DNA of 64,000 bases from a virus (taxonomy: Duplodnaviria; Heunggongvirae; Uroviricota; Caudoviricetes), in IMG/VR virus record IMGVR_UViG_3300027710_000010, positions 117,763-181,762 of that record; one strand, given 5' to 3'. This document shows positions 18,124 to 28,332 of this stretch, piece after piece. The notes under the pieces are model-generated. The model saw nothing but the letters and a program-made list of their open reading frames with translations. It was not told where the DNA came from and made no database searches. The position numbers and the translations under genes were made by a program. Every line of letters starts with the position of its first letter. The stretch's first letter is position 1.

Positions 18124-20241
18124 TTAGTCAACCTTCCAGGTTAGTCCAGTAGAAGTTCTAGTTAAAGTACTGCTACTACTGATGAATACGTTGACTGTTT
18201 CGCCCGGGTTTAACATTAGATTATAGTCGGATAAATTAAATGATGCTGTACCGTTAGGGCCCACTGTTTGTATGTTTGATATACGTTCCACTGCGAGGTT
18301 AGTGGTAGTTTCTGTATTTGAGTATTGACAGAACATGCTAGTAGTTGAGTTTGGTATATTTTGGAATACCAAAAGCGAAGCTGTACCTATGCCATTTTTT
18401 ACCACATAGATCACGCTAGGGTCACTGCCTTGAAGTGCCACAGTAAGACTTTGTACAATTATACTGGACTTGTTGACACTTGAATTTCTAACATAAGGAT
18501 TTTGTATGCTCATCAAATGATGTACTATGTCTTTGGCTTTAGTTGTAGTGTTAACGTCATACCAGCCTTGACTTGGTCTAGTCTGTGTAATTGCACCTTG
18601 TATAGCAGTCATCACACTGGCGCCAGTAACTACGACATTACGACTTGGAGTGACGGCAAGATTAGTAGTTCCACTTCTGTAGACTATTCGCAAGCTGGGT
18701 TTGTTAACGTGCGGCACAAGATACTGTCCGCTCCATCGTTGTGTATGGACCAAAACCATTTTGCCTGTTGCTGGATCTTCCATGAAGAACCGCACACGGC
18801 CAGCACCTAACCAGCGTAGGTCAACTCCGAACACGTTTAACTTAGTAGGATCAAACTCGATAGTTTGATTGTCCCAATCGTCAACATAGGTCCATGTATC
18901 ACTAGGAGTGGCTCCAGCATATAACTGGCTGAATGTGCCAACTGCTAGTGTGCCTGTTCCTGAACTGCTAAAACTGTAAGTACCGTTCTTTGCTCCGGGA
19001 CTATAATAGGTAAATGTAACACGGCCACTACATCCTTCTATGTCCCACAAGTTAGCAGGACTGGCTTGTGCTTTCAATGCCAGGGCAATTTGATTGGCAG
19101 TATAGTTGACTCCGCCGCCGTTTGTAGCAGTGATAGCAACTGTGTAGGCAACACCGTTCAATGTAATCGTAGCAGTTTGATTGCCAGTCGGAGCAGTGGT
19201 AATGGTCAGTGCTCTAGTTTCTGCACGGCCAGCACGGCGATGTAGTATACCTATCTTACGGCTAGCATCATTAGCAGAACTGCCGCTGTAGCCAAAACTG
19301 TAGCCATCTTCACGGTCAATAGGTCCAGTGTTCTGTACTATGTTGTCAATGCCTAAGGAGTTCTTAGTAGGATACGGATCTGTTGATTCACTATCAGTTG
19401 TAGTGAAAGCCGCTGTCCAACGGAACATTGATCCTTGGCCTGGCTGATAACTCATATAAGCGGCAGTGGCTAATCTTGCGTAGCCGCCTGCTGTTGTTCC
19501 ACTTTGAACTTGCCATGTTGTATTTTCAGTAACTGTAACTGTGCCGTTGTTTAGTTGAGTTGTAATCCACACATCGGGATCTAGTCCATACATAGCGTCT
19601 GCTTGTATGACTGGAGTGATACCAATTGCGAATGGTTCATCAAACGCTGTAAGTGATGCGGCTGGCATATCGCCAACTACAACTTGACTGCCTTCATTAG
19701 ACACATAGATTGGATTAGTGATACTATTAGTCGTAGTGTTTTTACTAATAGGTATTGGATTACCTGTGTCGTTTTTAATCTCTACTTCTGGCATTGTGCC
19801 GATATTAACAGTACCATCTACTGTAATACTGCTGCCGCCATCTTGTACTGTAACAGTACCACTAACTGGTTGTGTTGCTTGCCAAAATGTTCCGGTAACT
19901 GCTATACTGCCATTAGTTAGTTTAGTTAATACACCATCTGTAGTGTTACCGCGCATACGGTCCCAAGTAGAACCGTTAAACACCATGTTGTGACTTTCTG
20001 TGGGCAATGACCAAGGAGCAGTTTCGCCGTCATTGCTAGGTAAATCAAATGTGAGATCGTTAGTACCGTCCCACAACTTTACCTTGTTGACAATAACGTC
20101 ACCTTCTAAATTAATGCCGTCTACGTGTACACGAATTACCGGTTCGCCTATATTGTTATACTGCATTGACTTATGTAAGTCCAACAGATTAGGTTCGTCT
20201 GGATGATCGTAGTTTGTTGAGTTAGGATGTAGTACGCCCAT
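18124..20241 (-). CDS. large beta-rich structural (tail/fibre-like) protein
   Basis: 705 aa, T/S/G-rich; TFWQATQPVSGTV repeat-type motif. Confidence 0.65.
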   Translation of the reverse strand: MGVLHPNSTNYDHPDEPNLLDLHKSMQYNNIGEPVIRVHVDGINLEGDVIVNKVKLWDGTNDLTFDLPSNDGETAPWSLPTESHNMVFNGSTWDRMRGNTTDGVLTKLTNGSIAVTGTFWQATQPVSGTVTVQDGGSSITVDGTVNIGTMPEVEIKNDTGNPIPISKNTTTNSITNPIYVSNEGSQVVVGDMPAASLTAFDEPFAIGITPVIQADAMYGLDPDVWITTQLNNGTVTVTENTTWQVQSGTTAGGYARLATAAYMSYQPGQGSMFRWTAAFTTTDSESTDPYPTKNSLGIDNIVQNTGPIDREDGYSFGYSGSSANDASRKIGILHRRAGRAETRALTITTAPTGNQTATITLNGVAYTVAITATNGGGVNYTANQIALALKAQASPANLWDIEGCSGRVTFTYYSPGAKNGTYSFSSSGTGTLAVGTFSQLYAGATPSDTWTYVDDWDNQTIEFDPTKLNVFGVDLRWLGAGRVRFFMEDPATGKMVLVHTQRWSGQYLVPHVNKPSLRIVYRSGTTNLAVTPSRNVVVTGASVMTAIQGAITQTRPSQGWYDVNTTTKAKDIVHHLMSIQNPYVRNSSVNKSSIIVQSLTVALQGSDPSVIYVVKNGIGTASLLVFQNIPNSTTSMFCQYSNTETTTNLAVERISNIQTVGPNGTASFNLSDYNLMLNPGETVNVFISSSSTLTRTSTGLTWKVD

Positions 20242-20244
20242 ATA

Positions 20245-21333
20245 TTATAATCCAAACCTTGCTTTTTCACTGTTGAAGTTTGCTAACACTTCAGCGGAAG
20301 TTAAGGCATTGGTGTAAACACGAGCAATGGCTATTCTACCGGCATGGCGAGCACTGAAAGTTGTGCCATCTATGCTGGTACTGCCGCCAACTACTTCTGT
20401 TTGTACTATGCCATAACTTTGAGCAACATTGGTTTGCTGACCGGTCTGTACGCCGTCTTTATACATTGTTGCGGTATTGTTTGTGTCGTCAAATGTCACT
20501 GCTACATGTGTCCATACGTTTAATGATAAGGTTGTAATGGAGGCTGTTGTCAACACCCCGCCAACAGTTTGACGTACAGCCGAACCTCCAGCATAGAACA
20601 AGTTACTGTAGGAACTTATAATGCTTCGGGAACTGCCTAGATTGGTAAAATATACCCAGGCTTCTTTGGTATAGTTGCTGCCGTTAGGTATTGGATTTCC
20701 GATAGGCACGACTGTACTGGTACCGTTGTACACAATATAGCCACCATTGCCGCTGTTGTATGTTCCGTCGGTGATAGTGTAGGCTGTGTTGTCTACAAGG
20801 TTAGTCCAAGTAGATCCAGATCCTGGATAACTGGCTACGTTACCTGCGTCAAGACTTACTACTAGACCAGGAGTAACAGTAGTAATCCAAGGACGACCTT
20901 CAACTAGTCCGCCTGTATTGGCGTTATCATCTGCACCAGGCACATTACCATTGTAGGTATCTGGTAACTGTGTTATATCGTAGGTTGCTCTAAGGTTGCC
21001 ATCTTTGGCACGTTTTTTGGACGATATCTCAAGTTTCATAACTTGACGTTCTTGTTTAGTTAAGTCTTCATCTAACGGACTGGCAATGAATAGATCACCT
21101 TCTACTAATGTAATACCCAAAGCAGTTTCAATGTCACTAAAAAATTCTGTTGGGTAATCTATGCTATTGAATCTTCCATCACGTGCTAGACTTAGATAAT
21201 AATATGTTGATGGTAAATCTTCTGCTAGGCGAATCACTTCAATGTAAGCATTGAAAGTTGCCGTTGTTGTACCAATTCCTAATGCTGTAGGAGTTCTTAG
21301 TAGTCCACGGTATTGTGTTCCGATACTAGCCAT
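20245..21333 (-). CDS. LamG/concanavalin-A-like domain structural protein
   Basis: LDAGNVASYPGSG, NYTKEAWV, WTHVAVT and RVYTNALTSAEVLANF motifs. Confidence 0.85.
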   Translation of the reverse strand: MASIGTQYRGLLRTPTALGIGTTTATFNAYIEVIRLAEDLPSTYYYLSLARDGRFNSIDYPTEFFSDIETALGITLVEGDLFIASPLDEDLTKQERQVMKLEISSKKRAKDGNLRATYDITQLPDTYNGNVPGADDNANTGGLVEGRPWITTVTPGLVVSLDAGNVASYPGSGSTWTNLVDNTAYTITDGTYNSGNGGYIVYNGTSTVVPIGNPIPNGSNYTKEAWVYFTNLGSSRSIISSYSNLFYAGGSAVRQTVGGVLTTASITTLSLNVWTHVAVTFDDTNNTATMYKDGVQTGQQTNVAQSYGIVQTEVVGGSTSIDGTTFSARHAGRIAIARVYTNALTSAEVLANFNSEKARFGL

Positions 21334-21689
21334 TACTCACCTCGCCATTGTGCCGCAGGATACATGCTTGTAGCGTTGCTTCTAATGTCTGCAGGATTTT
21401 TACTCTTGTGCATGTCATCACCACTCTGTTTAGTTACAGCATCCACGTCTGCATACTTCTCATTTGGACTGTTACTCAACGGGCTCATTTCGCCATCATT
21501 AGGCAACAAGTCTACAATTTGTTTAAACCTGTTAATTGATTCTGCATCGTGTGACAGCGGCATCGTCTCTGTTTCTGGGGATTGTATTCCGCCTAAACTA
21601 ATAGCAATACTTGTGCCGTCTTCCTGACCAGGTTCTTCTACTTGGTCAATTATATCTAAAATACCTCTAATGATTTCGGTGGCTCGCAT
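21333..21689 (-). CDS. virion-associated hypothetical protein
   Basis: MRATEII N-terminus; TATAAATA box at 21710-21717. Confidence 0.7.
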   Translation of the reverse strand: MRATEIIRGILDIIDQVEEPGQEDGTSIAISLGGIQSPETETMPLSHDAESINRFKQIVDLLPNDGEMSPLSNSPNEKYADVDAVTKQSGDDMHKSKNPADIRSNATSMYPAAQWRGE

Positions 21690-21709
21690 GTTTTTATTCC
21701 TGTATCCTA

Positions 21710-21726
21710 TATTTATACGTTAAATA
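21710..21726. promoter_or_regulatory. divergent T4-like late promoter pair
   Basis: TATAAATA on minus (21717-21710) and TAAATA on plus (21721-21726) between divergent genes. Confidence 0.65.
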
Positions 21727-21733
21727 ACAGACT

Positions 21734-22936
21734 ATGATAAACAAAGAATCTTTCCAAAGCCTGCTCGCAAGTTTAAAAGACAACGGCAAATACCGTGTGT
21801 TCAACGATATTTTACGTGAAAACGGCAAATTTCCACAGGCTATTTGGTATGGTCCATATAACATTAAAACGATTACTAACTGGTGCAGTAACGATTACTT
21901 GGGCATGGGACAGCACAAAGTTGTACTAGATGCCATGCACACTGCATTAGATATGACTGGTGCAGGATCGGGCGGTACTCGTAACATTGCAGGCACGAGC
22001 CACTACCATGTAGCATTAGAACACGAAATCGCTTCACTGCATAATAAACAACGTGCTTTATTATTCAGCAGTGCATATGTGGCCAACGAGTGGACTTTGA
22101 TTTCATTGGCCAAGATCATTCCTAATATTGAATACATCAGTGATGCTAACAATCACAACAGTATTATTGTAGGCATAAGTCATAGCCGAGCACAGAAAAG
22201 TGTGTTCAAACATAACGATATGGAAATGTTAGAAGAGTTGTTACAAGCCAGTAAAGCGGCTGGTAATACACCTTGTATCGTATTTGAAAGCGTTTACAGT
22301 ATGGATGGCGATGTTGGCTTAATCAAAGAGATCTGTGACCTTGCAGACAAGTATGGTGCCATCACTTACATTGATGAAGTTCATGCGGTAGGCTTGTACG
22401 GCGCACACGGCGGCGGTAAGTTAGAAGAGTTGGGGTTACAGGATAGAGTTGACATAGTCAACGGAACCTTGGGAAAAGCGTTCGGAGTTCAAGGCGGGTA
22501 CATTGCAGGGGATAGCGATGTGTTAGATGCTATACGTAGCATTGCCGCAGGATTTATTTTTACAACATCAATGAGTCCAGTTACTTGTGCAGGCGCTTTG
22601 GCTGCTATCAAATACCTAAAACAAAATAACGATGTTAGGATTAAGCATCAAGAACGTGCAGCCAAACTAAAACATCTATTAAGAGAAGCTGACTTGCCTA
22701 TTATGGAGTGTAGTACTACACACATCGTTCCTGTGCTTGTCGGTGAGGCTAAGAAATGCAAAGCTGCCAGTGACTTGTTGTTAAATGAGTTTGATATCTA
22801 CGTGCAACCAATTAACTATCCTACTGTAGATGTAGGCACTGAACGTTTAAGATTTGCTCCTACACCAATGCATGATGATGCAATGATGAGTCAGTTAATT
22901 GATGCGTTGAAAGTTGTGTTAGACAAAGCTGGCTAA
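21734..22936 (+). CDS. hemA: 5-aminolevulinate synthase (PLP-dependent, Shemin/C4 pathway)
   Basis: [44 protein letters not shown] (PLP Lys) and [10 protein letters not shown] motifs. Confidence 0.93.
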   Translation: MINKESFQSLLASLKDNGKYRVFNDILRENGKFPQAIWYGPYNIKTITNWCSNDYLGMGQHKVVLDAMHTALDMTGAGSGGTRNIAGTSHYHVALEHEIASLHNKQRALLFSSAYVANEWTLISLAKIIPNIEYISDANNHNSIIVGISHSRAQKSVFKHNDMEMLEELLQASKAAGNTPCIVFESVYSMDGDVGLIKEICDLADKYGAITYIDEVHAVGLYGAHGGGKLEELGLQDRVDIVNGTLGKAFGVQGGYIAGDSDVLDAIRSIAAGFIFTTSMSPVTCAGALAAIKYLKQNNDVRIKHQERAAKLKHLLREADLPIMECSTTHIVPVLVGEAKKCKAASDLLLNEFDIYVQPINYPTVDVGTERLRFAPTPMHDDAMMSQLIDALKVVLDKAG

Positions 22937-23158
22937 CTGGGTTACACCAAACACCAGTGCCGCACGTACTTGTTGATCAGTTGCTTCTTGGTCAAGTTTA
23001 TCAGTACTGATTAAGTCGGCTAATATTTCTTTAGCTTCATCACTAGACATTTGTCCGTTCTGTACTGCTTCTGAAACTTGCAATGCCATTTGGGCACGCT
23101 CTGCGGCCCATGAATGTCCGCTAGTCATTACTTCATGTAATATATTACCGTGTCCCAT
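22919..23158 (-). CDS. hypothetical protein
   Basis: Coupled to the lipoprotein ORF. Confidence 0.6.
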   Translation of the reverse strand: MGHGNILHEVMTSGHSWAAERAQMALQVSEAVQNGQMSSDEAKEILADLISTDKLDQEATDQQVRAALVFGVTQLASFV

Positions 23159-23541
23159 TAGAATCTTCCTTGTACTGAACCTGCTATGATATCAACCTGT
23201 TGTTGAATAATTTTCTTCTTAAGGTCACAATACAACGGACTCACTGGACCTTTAGCCAATCGTTCTTGGTATTCTTTAACAGTCGCATTAACTGTCTTAG
23301 TAAGTTTAGCAATATCCCTAGTAGGTTTAGTTTGACTATAGATATCAAACCATTCTACGTTCTTTGCTATTGAGTTAACTTGAGTTGCTTGATCTGCCTT
23401 GCAATCAAAGTTACGTGTTTGTTGTTGTAGGTCAGTAATTACCTTAGCTTGGTTAACATCCCATCTACTGGGGATTAGTTCCATTATGTTTGCACAACCT
23501 GTTAATGCCAGTACTACTAATAATGTGACTAATCTTTTCAT
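23158..23541 (-). CDS. lipoprotein
   Basis: Signal peptide with LTGC lipobox. Confidence 0.7.
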   Translation of the reverse strand: MKRLVTLLVVLALTGCANIMELIPSRWDVNQAKVITDLQQQTRNFDCKADQATQVNSIAKNVEWFDIYSQTKPTRDIAKLTKTVNATVKEYQERLAKGPVSPLYCDLKKKIIQQQVDIIAGSVQGRF

Positions 23542-23542
23542 G

Positions 23543-23980
23543 TTATACCTTTGCGCTTGCTCTTAACATCCAACCGTGCTTGCGATGTGCATCAATACGG
23601 CCTGCAATGAAATCACTAAAGCCAAATTCTTGATTAGCTTCGCTTTGTTGGAACACTAACTTTAATAGTTTAACAATCTTTTCATTATCAACTATTAGTG
23701 ATTCCAACATTGCTTGTCTTGGCAATATCTGTGTCTCGTCTTCAATTTGTGTCAGCATACTAAAGCGAGTATAACTGGCTGGAACATAAGTTCCTAACGA
23801 GCGAATCTGTTCTGCAAACGCATCAATACTGCCGTATACTTCTTCATAGATGCCGCCAAACAAATCGTGATATTGTTTAAAGTCACTACCTTCTACATTC
23901 CAGTGAAAGTTATGTGCCTTTAGATAAAAACTAAATTCTGTAGCAAATGCTACTTTGGCGGCTTGTTGTAACTCATCCAT
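23543..23980 (-). CDS. dps: Dps family ferritin-like protein
   Basis: KAHNFHWNVEG..FKQYHDLF..YEE..D..AEQIR and HRKHGWMLR motifs. Confidence 0.95.
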   Translation of the reverse strand: MDELQQAAKVAFATEFSFYLKAHNFHWNVEGSDFKQYHDLFGGIYEEVYGSIDAFAEQIRSLGTYVPASYTRFSMLTQIEDETQILPRQAMLESLIVDNEKIVKLLKLVFQQSEANQEFGFSDFIAGRIDAHRKHGWMLRASAKV

Positions 23981-23982
23981 TT

Positions 23983-25098
23983 TTAATAGCCTTTGGTTAC
24001 TGAGTTATGTTTGAATGCAAAGTTTGTTCCTCCCAAACCATATCTTGTTGCGTTAGCAGAATTGCTTGCACCTAATTGGAACTTCTCAGCTCCGCCCCAC
24101 TCCTGGAACCAAATACGGATAGGGTACCATTTGTTTGCTGTCATTGCTACGCCTACTGTTGCGTTGTTTCTTGCATTACCAGATTGGGCAAACAAGTAAT
24201 CACTTGTTGTGTCGCCTAATGTAGTTGCTGTAGCTGGTGCACCGATCCAAATGATACAGTCATCATCTACTGTAGCAAAGAAGTTAAAGTTACCTGTAGC
24301 AGGTGCTTGTATGTAACCTTTCCATTCAAAAGCATAACCGTTTTCTGCGTCTAAGTCAGTACGTAAGCCAAAGCCGCCGTATGTGTCAACTTCGTATGCC
24401 GCTTGACTGATGGGGCCGTTTGCTGGCTTCATAAATCCAACGTCAAACTCATAGCTAACTTCGTCAATGTAATTTTCTGAGAAGTTACCAACATACTTGC
24501 GACGATATAGACCGTCAATCGGTGTACCTGGAACTGTGTCTACAGCACTTGCAGAAATATTGCGATATGTCATACCAGTTGCATTAAATGCGTCAACATA
24601 ACTACTCGTAGCAGTAAATGTGCCTGGAACTGTTGGATTGCTTCCGCCTGAACCTGCATAAGGTTCGTTAGGATCCATTCCTGGTGGAATAGTTGGGCCT
24701 TCATCGCCTTCGTAATTAGTGTCGCCGGTCATGGCAGCATCAGTTCCAGCCTCTTCCATCTGTACTCTTCCGTCAGTTAGATCTGCGTCAAACGTCCACG
24801 GGGCACTGGTATCGTTATAGCTTACACGATGTCTAGCAATTTTTGTAATTTGATAAGCATCTTCATTGTCATCTAAAACTGTAATGCTCATTTCGCCGGC
24901 CTCTAAGTCAGCACTTTGTTTAGAAACTAGATAGCATACTGCTTCGTTTTCATCTACATCTATACATTTAAATCTTTTAGACCCTGTTTGTTCTAAAATA
25001 TATCCCTTAACGCTTGTTGTTCCGTTATGAAATTGCACTTTAATATTATTTTTGTTGTTAACATTAAACAGTTGTTGTTTGCTTAGTGGGCGGCCCAT
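23983..25098 (-). CDS. structural protein with PA14 domain
   Basis: WKGYIQAPATGNFNF..DDDCIIWI..YPIRIWFQEWGG. Confidence 0.75.
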   Translation of the reverse strand: MGRPLSKQQLFNVNNKNNIKVQFHNGTTSVKGYILEQTGSKRFKCIDVDENEAVCYLVSKQSADLEAGEMSITVLDDNEDAYQITKIARHRVSYNDTSAPWTFDADLTDGRVQMEEAGTDAAMTGDTNYEGDEGPTIPPGMDPNEPYAGSGGSNPTVPGTFTATSSYVDAFNATGMTYRNISASAVDTVPGTPIDGLYRRKYVGNFSENYIDEVSYEFDVGFMKPANGPISQAAYEVDTYGGFGLRTDLDAENGYAFEWKGYIQAPATGNFNFFATVDDDCIIWIGAPATATTLGDTTSDYLFAQSGNARNNATVGVAMTANKWYPIRIWFQEWGGAEKFQLGASNSANATRYGLGGTNFAFKHNSVTKGY

Positions 25099-25128
25099 GT
25101 TTGATCCTCTTAATCTATAAAATATTTA

Positions 25129-25575
25129 TCACTGGCACCAGCTTTGTTTAGCTTCGCCATAGTACTCACGTGCAAATCCATTAGCAATTAATGCGGCACG
25201 TAGACTTTGTCCGTTTACTAGGATGTCGCCCAATACACGACCACCAAATTTATCCCAACCATATAACGTAGCTTGGAATTTACCACCAGCTTTGGCCGCA
25301 GAATTAATAGCGTTCTTAGTAAAAGCAGAAGCCGCTTCACCTCGAGCTTTTTCACTTTCGCATTGTGCTCTAAAGCCCTTCTCTGGAGTATCAACTCCGA
25401 ATACTCTAACGGCAAGCTCTGGCTTCAATGGCGCTGGTAAGAATGGTGCTGAAATTACAACAGTATCACCATCAGTTACTCTTAAGATTTGTGCGTCATA
25501 TGTAACGCCTACTGGGGTTTTTTGTGCGATTGCCAATGCAGGCAATGCTAATAATAATAATAGAAACTTCTTCAT
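25129..25575 (-). CDS. thermonuclease (SNase-like) with signal peptide
   Basis: RVTDGDTV, VRVFGVDTPE and DKFGGRVLG motifs; hydrophobic N-terminus. Confidence 0.9.
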   Translation of the reverse strand: MKKFLLLLLALPALAIAQKTPVGVTYDAQILRVTDGDTVVISAPFLPAPLKPELAVRVFGVDTPEKGFRAQCESEKARGEAASAFTKNAINSAAKAGGKFQATLYGWDKFGGRVLGDILVNGQSLRAALIANGFAREYYGEAKQSWCQ

Positions 25576-25606
25576 AATAGTCCTTAGTTAACTAGTACTA
25601 TTTACC

Positions 25607-26026
25607 TTAGAAGCTGTTGTTAAACCATCCTATTTTCTTACCATCAGCGATGCGCTTGTCGTAGGCTTCTACGCTACCGGGGAAGCGCCATGCCCATACA
25701 GCAACTAATGCCATAAAGACCGCAGTACTGATAATGCCAATTGGCTTTACTCCGGTGACAAACATTATAATCAAACTGGTCGTCATCATAGCCAGCATGA
25801 AGTATTTCATCTTGATTGGGAACACACGTTTCTCGCCCCAGTTGGTTAAGAATGGACCAAACAGTTTGTGATTATACAACCAGGCATGCATACGTGGACT
25901 GCCTTTGCTAAAGCAATAGGCCGCAAACACAACAAAGATAGAGTAAGGCAACCCAGGAGTGATAACTCCCAAGTATGCCATACCCAAACTACAAAACCCT
26001 AGTACTTTCCACAAAAATTGTTTCAT
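25607..26026 (-). CDS. ybaN: YbaN/DUF454 inner membrane protein
   Basis: LGMAYLGVITPGLP..F..AAYCFSKGSPRMHAWL..HKLFGP. Confidence 0.85.
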   Translation of the reverse strand: MKQFLWKVLGFCSLGMAYLGVITPGLPYSIFVVFAAYCFSKGSPRMHAWLYNHKLFGPFLTNWGEKRVFPIKMKYFMLAMMTTSLIIMFVTGVKPIGIISTAVFMALVAVWAWRFPGSVEAYDKRIADGKKIGWFNNSF

Positions 26027-26538
26027 ACTGATATGTAGTCTAACCAGCTGTCGTGCCTAACGTGAAATGGCATTGACTTACGCTTGTTTACCAACTCGTA
26101 GTAATCAGGCTTGTAAGGCTTGACCTTAGGCTTGATCTTGTGGTTTGCACCTTTGTTAGCGTTACAAGGACCGCAAGCAGTCGTTGTGTTTTCAAAGGTA
26201 GTCTTACCACCCATACTGGTTGGCAACACGTGGTCCAGCGTACATTCACGCTTTTCCAACTTGTCGTGGCAGTATTGGCAAGTGTAACGATCACGTAAGA
26301 ATACGTTGCTCTTTGAAAAGCGAATCGCAGTCTTAGGCTTCATGTAGTCTCTCAACATGATGATGGCCGGGACTTGTGTTTCCCAGCGGGCTGATCTAAC
26401 AATCCAATCGTCGTGCCAAGTAACCACATTGGCTTTATCCAAAACCATGTAGCGAATAGCTTCTTGCCAATCGACCGTGCTCAATGGCAAGTAGTTGACT
26501 GGCATACCGTCAGCGTTCAGAACCAAAGTATCTGACAT
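26023..26538 (-). CDS. HNH endonuclease (McrA-like)
   Basis: RDRYTCQYC, TLDHVLP..GG and NTTTACGPCNANKG motifs. Confidence 0.92.
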   Translation of the reverse strand: MSDTLVLNADGMPVNYLPLSTVDWQEAIRYMVLDKANVVTWHDDWIVRSARWETQVPAIIMLRDYMKPKTAIRFSKSNVFLRDRYTCQYCHDKLEKRECTLDHVLPTSMGGKTTFENTTTACGPCNANKGANHKIKPKVKPYKPDYYELVNKRKSMPFHVRHDSWLDYISV

Positions 26539-26605
26539 TTTTAACCTCTTTTGATTGTGTTACAGACCCAACCTTTGAAGTATATATTATACACTCAAAC
26601 TGTAT

Positions 26606-27154
26606 TTAAGCCAAGATTGATTGAGCAAACTCGTTTCCGGAACGCTCTATAGATAAATTCCATTGATCTTTGAGGTCATTGTCAAAAACGGATTCATAAT
26701 CAGCAGTGGCAGTTAGCCAACTCATACTATGATCTCGGGGAGGAGTTCCCTTCATTTCAGCCATTAATTGGTTTGGTGCCCAACCGCAAAGTCCCAAAAA
26801 CAATCTAAAGTATTTTGGTGCATCGCCATCGCCCAATCTTACCAATAGTTCTTCAGCACTACTAATGGAGAAATCGTTGTTGATTTGCATTGTGTTAGAG
26901 CATGTCCACTCACTACTGTGAAGCATACTTAACGCTTTGATGTTAACGGGTCCACCTAAATAAATGTACCCGGGTATGTTAAGTTGCATACCAACTTGTT
27001 CACTAAACTCACTTACTGACATTTGACTGCGTTTGTTTAGTATCAAACCCATACTGCCATTCTTGTGATGTTCGGTTAAAAATATTACGCTCTTATACCA
27101 GAAGTTATTCTTTAACTTAGGTGGTGCAATTAGTAGTGATCCAGCAAAATTCAT
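26606..27154 (-). CDS. yqgE: YqgE/AlgH (DUF179) family protein
   Basis: LLIAPP, SVIFLTEH..GSMGLILN, YLGGPV and LGLCGWAPNQL motifs. Confidence 0.88.
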   Translation of the reverse strand: MNFAGSLLIAPPKLKNNFWYKSVIFLTEHHKNGSMGLILNKRSQMSVSEFSEQVGMQLNIPGYIYLGGPVNIKALSMLHSSEWTCSNTMQINNDFSISSAEELLVRLGDGDAPKYFRLFLGLCGWAPNQLMAEMKGTPPRDHSMSWLTATADYESVFDNDLKDQWNLSIERSGNEFAQSILA

Positions 27155-27166
27155 ATTGTACTTATG

Positions 27167-27982
27167 TTAAGCGAAACGTTGTACAGAACTTTTTACGTCC
27201 GCAACTGTAATAGTACCATCTTTATTTTTATCTAACCCTTTGTTCTGAGCATACACTTTACCACTAAATCCAGTTGCGCCGTCTTGTCCTAAAACAAAGT
27301 TGTCGTCCTTACCCACATGTGCTGGCATAAACACTGCCATGTATAAGTCACCTAAGCCCATACCAGGTTTAACTCCAACCATCTTAAAGTATTTGTAAAC
27401 ATAATCTAATTGTGTCACTGCATCCATTGTACGTAGTTCTTCAACTGAGGTACCTAAACTTCTTGCAGTGTTTGGCATGAACTGAATAAGCCCAGTAGCT
27501 CCGCTCATCTTGTTTACAGCCGTTGGATCAACTCCAGACTCTTGTTTCATAATAGCCAATAGGTCTTTACTGCTTACACCCAATGCATCAGCTATCTTGT
27601 TTAACTTTTTGTTGAAGTCTGGATCTTGGATTACAGCAGTGTCAATATTGGCTGCTGATGTATTGTCTGGCTTGTCTAATACTTCTTTATATTTTTTAGC
27701 AATCTCTGGAAACTTTGCGGCTGCTTTGCGAGTGTATGGACCCATCATGCCGTCAATGCCATCTTTGTTAGGACCATAGTCACCTAAGTCAGCACCAGCG
27801 GCTTTTAATTCTTTTTGTAGTTGTTCTATATCATTCCCGCTAGTTGATCCAGCTGGAGCATTGGCTGCAGGTTTAGCATTGGCATCAGTAGAGCCTGCGG
27901 CATCTTTGCCGACGCCAGCAACCATTGCTTGGCCTATTGCTGTTGCTAAGTCTACTGCTTCTTTAAATTCTGCAAATCTCAT
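27167..27982 (-). CDS. lytic transglycosylase with peptidoglycan-binding domain
   Basis: LQKEL..G..DGIDGMMGPYT (PG-binding), MKQESG and ATGLIQFMP motifs; true start MRFAEFKE. Confidence 0.88.
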   Translation of the reverse strand: MRFAEFKEAVDLATAIGQAMVAGVGKDAAGSTDANAKPAANAPAGSTSGNDIEQLQKELKAAGADLGDYGPNKDGIDGMMGPYTRKAAAKFPEIAKKYKEVLDKPDNTSAANIDTAVIQDPDFNKKLNKIADALGVSSKDLLAIMKQESGVDPTAVNKMSGATGLIQFMPNTARSLGTSVEELRTMDAVTQLDYVYKYFKMVGVKPGMGLGDLYMAVFMPAHVGKDDNFVLGQDGATGFSGKVYAQNKGLDKNKDGTITVADVKSSVQRFA

Positions 27983-27984
27983 TA

Positions 27985-28332
27985 TTAGTTCCCTTTCCAC
28001 ACAGGTAAAGGTCCACCGTAGTTTCCACCTTTAACTTTTTTGCCTTTAACTTTTTGACGTTTACGATTGATAGTAAACTTCTTTTCTGTGTCGCGAGCAC
28101 GTAAGCCTTGACTGATACAACTACTTAACTGGCTAGCACCAAGCTCACCATCTGGCTTTGTGCTGGTACACAACTTGCGACTAGCTTTGCCTGACTCCAT
28201 AGCGGGAGCATTTACTTCTGCTTTCTTCTTTTCAAACTCTGCATGTGGATCCACAGGTGTCTTAGGCTTTTTGCTATACTTGATAGCCTTGCGGTTCTTC
28301 TTGTGTTCAGTTATAAATTCTGTAGCTCTCAT
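27985..28332 (-). CDS. basic virion-associated protein
   Basis: Start MRATEFITE; Lys-rich with a Cys pair. Confidence 0.7.
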   Translation of the reverse strand: MRATEFITEHKKNRKAIKYSKKPKTPVDPHAEFEKKKAEVNAPAMESGKASRKLCTSTKPDGELGASQLSSCISQGLRARDTEKKFTINRKRQKVKGKKVKGGNYGGPLPVWKGN

